Shown: piece after piece, positions 63,253 through 64,000 of the stretch
Numbering within the stretch: the first letter of the stretch is position 1
How the letters are laid out: each line of letters begins with the position of its first letter
Assembly: GCF_006345805.1 (NCBI RefSeq)
Contig: NC_042999.1
Span: forward strand, 15,810,001 to 15,874,000
Length of the DNA stretch: 64,000 nt
Source: Octopus sinensis
Taxonomy: Eukaryota
Direction: 5' to 3'
Notes under the pieces: generated by a model
The model's database searches: none
The model's input: the letters and a program-made list of their open reading frames with translations, nothing else
What the model was told of the DNA's origin: nothing
Made by a program: the position numbers and the translations under genes

Positions 63253-64000
63253 AGTGTCTTACTGTGACTTACTCCAAGAACTGACAGACTCCTTACATCA
63301 AAAATATAACAATATTAATATTATGATACTATAAGACCATAAATATACATTAAAAAATAAAGAGATACTAATACAAATAGCAGCATGATATAAACAAAAT
63401 AAAAAAAGCCGATTTCTGTCATCAAGGAAACCAACAAATACAGAAACCAATTCTGAGATAAAAGACAATTGTGGGGAAGAGAAACTGCAGAAACTAAGAT
63501 CTAAAAAGTAAACTACTAACATTACAAAATTTCATGCTAAGATGCTGGCAGGGAAAGTCCTTACATTATTAATACCTGACAATATTGTATGACACAAAAA
63601 TGGATAGCTATGAAACTCAATGGCAAGATGCTCAGGATTCAAAGCTATACCCGAAGTATTTTTGAATATAACATAATATCAAGGATATCTTGCTGGATAT
63701 TGCAAAAAAAAAAAAAATTAAAAAAAAAAAAACTAAAACCATAATGAATGAGAATATGAAGATATCAACTATGTTGCTTTCAGATTGCCTAGTGTTAACC
63801 AGCCAAGAAGGAATATGTGAAATATAGATCTTTCATCTACTGGGAATTATGTCTGTGTCATGAAATATGGACAGAAAAATGATGGTAAAAACATACATAA
63901 CAAAGTCTCAGAGAATTAAAAAGTGACTGCAATGGTTTTGAGGGGAAAAAAATGATGTAATGACATACAATACTATAGAAATGATTGAGGAATATATACA

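Overview
AT-rich eukaryotic non-coding DNA, packed with retroposons and microsatellites. The repeat repertoire resembles octopus/cephalopod DNA (inference from recognised repeat types, not a database result). I found no host-gene exon I can identify confidently. Almost all ORF-track entries are SINE/LINE/microsatellite translations, and several exon-like frames fit better as decayed LINE ORF2. Letter names for families are my own labels. Repeat content: (A) 3' ends of an RTE-type LINE with (ATG)n tails and a GC-rich tandem 3'UTR, including two longer ORF2 fragments; (F) a second RTE family; tRNA-head SINEs B, C/C2, D and G, which swap heads, bodies and tails; two Helitron-like non-autonomous elements; TTAA-ended MITE remnants; CR1/L2-like and R4-like LINE fossils; a pogo/Tigger transposase fossil. 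Best lead: a 276-bp near-perfect palindrome (10105-10380) whose two arms each encode, on opposite strands, a minimal hammerhead-ribozyme fold with a compensatory G3:C8 core. A second, unrelated hammerhead-like motif with the same topology lies at 31610-31647. There is also a textbook AG|GTAAGT recursive-splice-like site on the minus strand at 55063/55064. All three are untested predictions.
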